Assembly (NCBI GenBank): GCA_012295275.1
Contig: CM022676.1
Span: 15,252,001 to 15,316,000, forward strand
Source of the DNA: Chrysomallon squamiferum
Lineage: Eukaryota; Animalia; Mollusca
Direction: 5' to 3'
Length of the DNA: 64,000 bases
Part shown: one piece after another, positions 55,509-64,000 of the stretch
Layout of the letters: each line of letters opens with the position of its first letter
Numbering within the stretch: the stretch's first letter is position 1
Notes under the pieces: model-generated
The model's database searches: none
What the model saw: only the letters and a program-made list of their open reading frames with translations
What the model was told of the DNA's origin: nothing
Program-made: the position numbers and the translations under genes

Positions 55509-57300
55509 TGACGTTCACGGTAAACAAAGGGAAACCTAAGAGCAACAATTTGCTAATTAGTTTTCTGAAATACTTTTCACCTCCGTCTCGGTTCACAATT
55601 TTAATTTCGTATGAATGTTCTTCACACAATTTTCATAGCGCATGTTTCACTGGTGTGTCGATAAACGTTGTTCAGTCCTGTGTAATAGTAACTGAGAAAG
55701 AGGAAGAAGATGAAGAAGTTAACTTTCAAAGATTTAAATGTATCTGATTATCGGTATTGTTGTTGTTGTTATTATTTTTATCAGTATCATTGTTATTGAG
55801 CAGATACTATTATTTATCTTCTCACGAATATTGATAAACTATATGATTTATTTGTTATACTATTTGTCCACACTTTTGAGCAGACTCTGTATTAACAACG
55901 AATCTGCCAGATCATCGTAAATAACACCCGAGTATACGTTTGTTCTCCTGTGACACACTATTTTTTAATCTGACATACATAACAAAACAAACATAGACTG
56001 GCTATACTGCTACTGCGAATATCACTTGAGGACTATTAAATTGTACATGGAAATATCTGAAATACGAAAGGAACATTTTGAAGCTAGCGTTACGTATGTT
56101 ATAACGTTATAACAAAACAATAACAAAACGACTCAGCTGCAAACTAATTAATATTAATCTACAACAGTCATATGCAAAAGTGAGATCGAAGTACGTTCAG
56201 CTATGGGTCAGGTTAGGACACCTAACAAATACCCGTGTAGAAAGTCTTTACTTTCCTTATTTTGAGTATTCATTGTTTTTGATAAACCAGATCTAATATT
56301 ATTAGCTCTCGAATTTTGACTTTTTTGCCAGAAATGGGCGTGGCTACAATGTTTCAAGCACTGATATCTAGTTAATCAGTGAGAAGATTTGGATCAAACA
56401 TTTTCTAATTTGATAGGAATTCGAAATGCGCCACATTTCCTTACCATATACAACTACATTTTAGAACCTTTACAACTTTTGTTTGATCTTGAATTTGTCT
56501 TTGCTACCCACGACACCTTGAAATGACCTCAAGATATAAAAGTTCCAGAATCTATAATATTTGTAGTTTAATAGTAAAATACACTTAAAGTGGAGACGCT
56601 GACGTGAGAATTTTAGTTTTGACACTTTTAATGATTTAATATACAGAAATGTATGAGCTTACACTATTCTTGAATAGAGTTTATGTAATTTTACTTCACG
56701 GTTGTAATACGTCTAAAATCTAATATTGTGAAGTTAAAATTTCATTTTTACTTTTGTTGGAGAATTTGACCTCTAATGGAATTCAATCATATTTTATTGT
56801 AATTTGAACTCTTCTTTGTTATTTAGTCTTGAGATTATCACTTATACTCCTCTAGCTGTACTTTCTTTTTTTGTTTTACTGGTTTAAGACTGTACACCTT
56901 AAGTTACACAGCCAAATAATAATAAAAAAAAAAAAAAAATATTAAAAAGAAAATACAAAAAAGCCACGTAGGTGAAATACATATAATAAGTATTTGTACT
57001 TCTGTGTAAGAAGTAACACTCTTTCTCTGTACTTTTTATCTGACGTTCATCTCTGTGAAGCGACACCGAACCTGCAAGATAAATGACTTGTGTCACGTTT
57101 CAACGTGCGGACAATTAATCCAGCAGAAGTAACATGCTACCTCGTTTTGCTGTCTAAAGTGATTTGTGTGTGTGTGTGTGTGTATGTGTGTGCTTATAAC
57201 ACATAAAATATAACTATAGAACCAGAATGTACGAGAAAAAAATTCAAGTTAAAGCCGTAGAACATATAATGATTTGCAATGTTATATATTTAAAATGTAT

Positions 57301-57347
<47 letters not shown>

Positions 57348-57399
57348 TATTTTTATTTAAATAGTTCTCTCGATTTCGTGTGAAAATATGTTGCAGTCT

Positions 57400-58470
57400 C
57401 ATCCAATAAGTTACATAAACGTATTTCGACAGAAACATTTAAACATATTTTTGATATTAAACAAATTATTGTTTGAAAATATATCTGGATTTATCTGGTA
57501 GACCGTTTCTCGCATCATCGCTTTTAAATACATAATGACATTCATCTACACATTTGTCAATATTACAAATATTCTCTCTTTTGTCTTACAATACCAAACC
57601 AGTTTTAACAGCAAGTTTAACATTAGAGTTCTAATTTTACATAAGACTTGAACATTCGCTTGAACACTGTTCTTCTCTAGAGCGATTGTTTTTCAGCAAC
57701 TTCCCTTTTTAGCGATGAGTATTAAAGCGTTTTACTGAGAAAAGTTATATCGTACAGAAAGTGGAAAGTAACGGATAATTACAACAGACTTGATTAAATT
57801 CTGAATTAAATAAGTATGTGCATACTTATTTAATTGAGAATTCAGTACAGATTCAAATAATTTATCTAAAGAGATTGATAATGAAGCAGGTCTATAGATT
57901 TCTAAATAACTTCTGGCACTTTTATTCTTATATACTAGTTTAACGAGTCCCATCAATCAACTAGATGTTACAGTTGATGTTTGAAGAATAACGTTAAAGA
58001 ATAGAACATATAAAGGTAACATAATATTAGCAGTATATATTAATATATTCATCAGTAATAAAGTCTTCTCCGGCTGGTTGATCACTGCTCTAGATATTTC
58101 GTCGGCTGAAAAATGGTTGTTCAAAATAGCATTAGTGGTTTCTTGGCTTTGAGTGTGGAATTGTCATTAAAGGTTGTGAAAAAGAAAAGGCTGATTTTTT
58201 TCCAAACCTATCTTTAGCTGCAGTTATAAATATTACACTGAGACTATATTATTTATTAATTCAGAATCGACGTCAGGAGACTTGTAATTTTGTAATATTT
58301 CATTTAATAAATGCTTTTTTTTTTTTTGTGTGTGTGTGTTTTTGCTTTGTTTTTATTTTATTTTATTTTATTTTATTTTATTTATTATTTTTTTAAATTA
58401 TCTCAAAATTCTTTTTTTTTTAATTATCACACCATTTCCCTGGGAGTTCCTTAGAACTTTTTCAGGTGTC
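57400..58470 (-). mobile_element. Duplicate of the CR1/L2-like LINE relic
   Basis: YKNKSARSYLEIYRPASLSISLDKLFESVLNSQLNKY; aligns with 30880-31300, 32480-32930 and 33270-33480. Confidence 0.8.
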
Positions 58471-58889
58471 AGTTACAGTGTTTTCAGGCTTTATTTGTGT
58501 CTGTAGTTTGAACTGTGGGCATTTAATAAGAACGAAGAAAATGGCAGTATGGCAAAATGTTCGACTAAAGACAAGTATATTTCCATTACATCTATTTTCA
58601 TCTACTGTTCATGAAAAACATGTTATTATATCTGAAGAAATTAAGGATAATGGAAACGTAGTTATTTTTCTTTTTATCATAAATTAAAGAAAAAACAAAC
58701 CAAAAAAAAACCCACAACAACAAACAAACAATAAAAACCAAAAAAGAAAACAAATAATAAATATATTGAATTTAAAATAAAATATCGATTGATGTAGGTA
58801 ACATAATAATAAAGGTGCTATATTATTATAAATTAAATTTATTTAATTTGCGCGTTTGTCATCTTGTTATGCAAGATCACTTATAATTT

Positions 58890-60185
58890 CTTTTCCGAAT
58901 ATTTCAGTATACTCGTCTTAGTTTTGTGACGAAACACGCCAGCATATCAAATTAAAGTGTGATGAGTCTGTTTGTCTGTTATGTAGGTCAGATAGAAATA
59001 GTATATAAACTAATGCACGATAATGTTGATCAAACCTTACACAGAACCTACTGTTGTTGTAGGTTAGAGCAAGACAGACTTTTCTAAGTGACTGTTATAC
59101 ACTGATACACTGGTGTGTGTGTGTGTGTCAAAATGTATGTTAAACTGTACCTATGGAAAAAAGGAGAAATAATCTAAAGATACTCTGCATATTACCTCAT
59201 TGTTTTATTTCAATTTCGCTGATCCAGTATTAGGACAGTACCTCGGTATCAGGTTTCAGAGCGTTAACTGCTAGAGGGGTACCCTGTGTCAGAGACTGAC
59301 AATGGCTATATTTGTCTCATGTCACAATCAAAGAGAAACCAGGGATACATGTCGTTTGATGGGTATTCAGAAATATGTGCATGAAGGATGTTACACCAGA
59401 AGGAAATGGGGAAAAACGAACTAACTTTATTCTGTACAAATAAACGTTTGCCCTTTGGTTAAAGGTGAAATATGTATACAATACAACCAGTTACAATTCA
59501 GACTGGAACAGAAGTATAAGTAAAATGCTATTACACAATTTTGTGCGAGTCATGTTACATTTATTCCACTGACATAAAAGAAGAAGAATGTGGGGTATGG
59601 GTATTATGGTAAAATCAAATGTGCATTTGATGCCGTAACTAAACATTTACACAAATTCAAAATGATACGGAAGTGGCCAATGATTTAGCAGTGTATAATT
59701 ATCTTATCGGAACCTTTGTAATTCCCATCATGAATCAGCTTTACCTGTCTAGGAAAGAGTTCAGTATCACACTGTACAACATAACAGTCATTAATTTTGT
59801 TCTTGGGAATGTCGCCGTTTGAACCGAAGTTTTTTTTCTTGAAACAACCAAGGTAATATAATGAAGAATTGTGGGTAAAATGTCATCTTCTGCTAAAGAT
59901 GCTGAATGACTAAGAGAGAAGATAAGAATGTTTCTTTTACTTACAGATTCTTACTACAAATACCATGAACAGGAATCCCAAAGTCACTCAACTCCTGCAA
60001 CATTTTTATTAGTAGCAATCAAATTGTAACATGAGCTTTACTACTCATAGAACACCAAATTCCTCTGTCCCTGAAAAGCATAACCTTGTCAGAAAACATG
60101 AAATTGTGTCTTAAAAATATTGAAAATTTGACCACTGTATAGTAGAAATGAAGAATTTGTAGATATGTTTCGTATCCATACAGGG
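58890..60185 (+). mobile_element. piggyBac-like transposase relic (most complete copy)
   Basis: EYFSILV at ~58897; open frame from 59643 TFTQIQNDTEVANDLAVYNYLIGTFVIPIMNQLYLSRKEFSITLYNITVINF, compare piggyBac F.FQ.D.T.VSY.PKKNK.V...STMH......GKPEII.FYN.TKGGVD. Confidence 0.6.
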
Positions 60186-62158
60186 TTATAATCATCATTT
60201 TGCAAGGTATATTTCGATTATAACTGAAGGGATAGGATTAGCTAAAAATAAAATACATTAATGGTTAAGATGTGTTGATAACAGCTTCAGAATGTGCCTG
60301 TGTTTACAACTCACAAATTATATTTTTCCTTGATAGTTAGGAAGTAATTATTTATATATTTACTGTATTGAAGACACCAAAAATATGTATTTGCTGAAGA
60401 ATGTATATAAAACTAACTGATTCTTATACGTGTTCATACCAGAAAATCCTGCAATTGAAGAGACAAACATATGAATCGTTCACATACATACTCACACATA
60501 CACAAAAATATACAGAAACACAAACACACATGTACCTGCACATAATTTTAGCTTTAATTTTACAAGTATACAATTTTAAATAAGGAATTGAATCAGGAAT
60601 TAAATCAGTAAATAAATAAATGAATGAATAAATAAATAAGAAAATAAATAAATAAATGTAGATAAATAGACGGATACACAGAAAAATATAAAAACATACA
60701 TATAGATAGGTAGGTAGAGATAGAGTTGGATAGATACACAGAGGAGATAAAGAGACAAATAGATAGATAGACAGACAGATAGACAGATATATAGATAGCT
60801 GATATACAGATATGTATGTTTGTGTATCTGCTTGTATATCTATGTATATAGAACAAATAAAAAACGTATTTACTATGCCTTGATGTCATATTGACATGCA
60901 TCACTTGTAAACTGGTACGCTGAAAGGGTTTCTTTACTTTTCTTAGTAATAACATTTTGTAGGTTAACATATTGGACCTTTTTCTCATCCTTTATGTATA
61001 CCATACGATCCGTGTCACTTACTAACAACACAGATGCTTTGAAACAGCAGCGCGGTTCCGAAATAGATTCAGTCAACACATTATGTACATACAAATATGA
61101 ATCAGTATCTAAATTAAAGTAGTTCCGTTTGTGAGTGTCAAACTCATCTGTTCAGTTTATATATAATTATTAAGAGTGAAACACAGGTTAATAATAGTAA
61201 TAATAAAATTAGATACACAAAATGAATTATCGATTAAATATACTAGTTATCAGACAAACATAACATTTTATATTTGTTTTAAAAGAACAAATCATAACAC
61301 AATTCCTATAATACCTTGTCTGAAGTTATGTGTATTTGTTTCCATTTTATTTAAATATCGGTACCAGTGAGACATAGAATTGTGTTCTAAAATGAGGATC
61401 GTGTACTGAATAGTAGTTAAAACTGCATCAACCAAGAATTCAGTGATAAAAGTCTTGTATATGCTAGCTCAAATCTAAAAATATTAGCTTAATATTATTG
61501 ACCCTCGACTTTTCACATTTGGCCCAAAAATGTTTCTCACTGCAAATTTTCAGACCCTGATATTTTGATAAACACTCGATCGATTTTGATGAAACTACTT
61601 CACTCGAAAATAAGTTAGATAAGGATCTTTAAAAGATGCAACTAAATTTATGGAACATCTTCACTTGTTGTTTCATCTTGACCTTGAAATGACCTCAAAT
61701 CAAAATTAAATTTCAAGATATTACCTACAAGATATAAAACTTCCAGAAGGTATTTAGTAGTAAAAAAGGATTTTAGTAGTAAAACAGACTTAAAATTTAT
61801 ATCAACATTATTATTTTTATTCTCTGGTTACTGAATCTATCTGTAAGTAAGTTTCATTTCAATGATTCTGCATTTTAAGTAGGTTTGCTGAGAGTTTAGT
61901 TTGGTTGATTTTCTTTTGTGTAATTACAAATATATTTCAGAAATAGGCCAACTAAAAATTAACTGCGTAGAAATTATTTTCATTCTGTGTTTTCGTGTAC
62001 GTATTGTTTTAGATTAACGTTCTACCAGTACAGGGACATAGTGTTAGAATCTTGGTCATACATCATTTTAATTTATTGGAACGTTTTTCAGAACATTTAT
62101 AGGACGGGATTCAACATGAATATGGCCTTTATTGACAATGTTACATGATTCGATCCTA

Positions 62159-62210
<52 letters not shown>

Positions 62211-62342
62211 GACGGGCCGAAAATATCAACGTTTTTGTTACGTACATATATATATATGTATATATATATGTATGGATATAATTAATTTTGTATTTATTTG
62301 ATGTATTTTAGAGCATTTATATATAAACTGATTCAATATTGG

Positions 62343-62373
<31 letters not shown>

Positions 62374-64000
62374 CACTATGTATATAATTAATATATATAT
62401 ATATTTTTTTATTATATATTTATTTATTTATATATTTATAAAACAAGAAAGAAGGATATATATGGATAACAAACGTATAGACTTTGCCTTTATGCGAGAT
62501 TGATATGAATCACTTTTAAACTGCTACACTGAAAGGTTTTCTTCACTTTTCTTAGTAATAACATTTTGTAGGTGAACACATTTTATTTGTTTATGTATTT
62601 TTATTGTTTCTTTATGCATGTCATACGTTTCCTGCCATTTACTAACAACAGAAGTGCTTTAAAACACCAGCGCTGTGGTAAACTACTTAGTCAACATATT
62701 ATAAAATATGAATCAGGATCCAAATTAACGTAGTTGCGTTTGACAGAGACAAACTCATCTGTTCATTTTTAGATAAGAAACGTCTTTCTAACCATCGTAC
62801 AAACGTAAGCCTTTATACATGTTTTAAAAGAATAAACCGTAGCACAGTTCGAAGGATATCTTCTTGTTTGAATGTCTGTGTATTTATTTTATTTACAACT
62901 CGAGCTCAATAAGACATAGAATTGTGTTCTAAGATAAAGATCGTTAATTGAATAATAGTTAAAACTGCATCAACAAATCACAGTGTGTCGAACGGTATTG
63001 GTATGAGAAGCTGAATTCTAAAATATAGTTAATGCTATTTACTCTCGGATTTTTCTTATTTTAGATTTAGATGGGCATGTCTCCCAGCTTTTCAGACCCT
63101 GCTATCTTCAGTCCCACGTGACCTTGAAATGACCTCAGATTAAAATTAAATTGTAAAATATTATGTACAAAATAATTAACAAATAGCAGTAAAACAGGAG
63201 TTTTGTAGTAAAGCACACTTAAAGGGCACAGGCTGACCACAAAATGTCCATTTTGATACTTTTAGTGATTTAATGGAAATACGTGCTCGAGATTGCAATA
63301 GTCTTTGACAGCTTATTAAAAATCGAAAGTTGTGAAGTTAAAACTTTGTTTTGTGTTTTGGGGGGAATTTGACACGTGAATGAACCTGAGCGATATTTTA
63401 ATATAATTTGAAATCTTCTTAGTTCTTTATTCTTGGGATTATAACAATCTGTCGTTTAGTTGTACCTTTCTTACTTCGTTATGATTGTACATATTAAATT
63501 ACATAGAAATAAAGGAAATTTCTAAATTATTAAACGCAACGTATCTTCAAAGAAATAAGGCGTGTCAGCATGTTTATTTACTCGTAACAAGCAACACTGT
63601 ATCTTCATAATTTTCATCTCACTTTCACTCCTATCAAGTGACACGTAAGAATCGAAGAAACGTGACTTGTAAGATAAATGATCTCGTCACGTTTTCACGA
63701 GCAGACGACTTTCGTTAACAAGAGAAATAACTCTGAAACACAAAAATACTTCAAACAGGAAGTTGTCATTTGAAAGCGTTCAACAGTAATAATTGGGATT
63801 TAATAGAATATAATTATATGACGTACCTCTCTTATTCTTTTCTTTCTTTAATACCATTATTGTTGGCGTTGCTGTTGTTGTTATTCTTGATGCTGTAGTG
63901 GTTCTTGCTGTTGATACAAAAATACTTGAAGGAGAAATTTTCCATTTGAAAACACTTTAACAATAATAGCTTAAAGGATTATAAGTATATGACGTACCAT

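Noticed and set aside
34685-60070. Minus-strand signal-peptide/TM-like exon in each monomer (VTSGFLFIIFVVRI-like, followed by gtaagt), suggesting an array of variable leader exons
   Set aside because: No consistent in-frame ATG, stops or indels in the copies examined, and the opposite strand is better explained as the piggyBac relic. The resemblance to the receptor TM exon is only a few short words.

Overview
AT-rich, microsatellite-dense, intron-containing animal DNA; the gene and repeat style suggests a mollusc, possibly a bivalve (inference). There is a 200-N scaffold gap at 23747-23946. Most ORFs in the supplied track are microsatellite or antisense artefacts, so genes were rebuilt by hand from splice sites. 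(1) 149-9634, minus strand: ten phase-consistent exons encode five group-A (6-Cys, two-exon) SRCR domains in the order A-B-C-A'-B', a ~7-kb three-domain cassette duplicated in tandem. (2) 19002-23003, minus strand: the intact 3' part of an Ig-FN3-TM receptor whose tail contains YDNL-x12-YEVL, an ITAM-like spacing. (3) 24383-28895, plus strand: an inverted paralogue with a nearly identical FN3 core, a stop-containing Ig exon, a diverged tail and an apparently deleted terminal exon. (4) ~30.7-64 kb: no intact gene. It is a hierarchical tandem array of ~12-14-kb units built from ~3-4-kb monomers, which I interpret as long-dead piggyBac transposase relics, mixed with LINE relics. No rRNA, tRNA or CRISPR array was recognised. 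All homology calls come from manual translation and recalled family motifs, not database searches.
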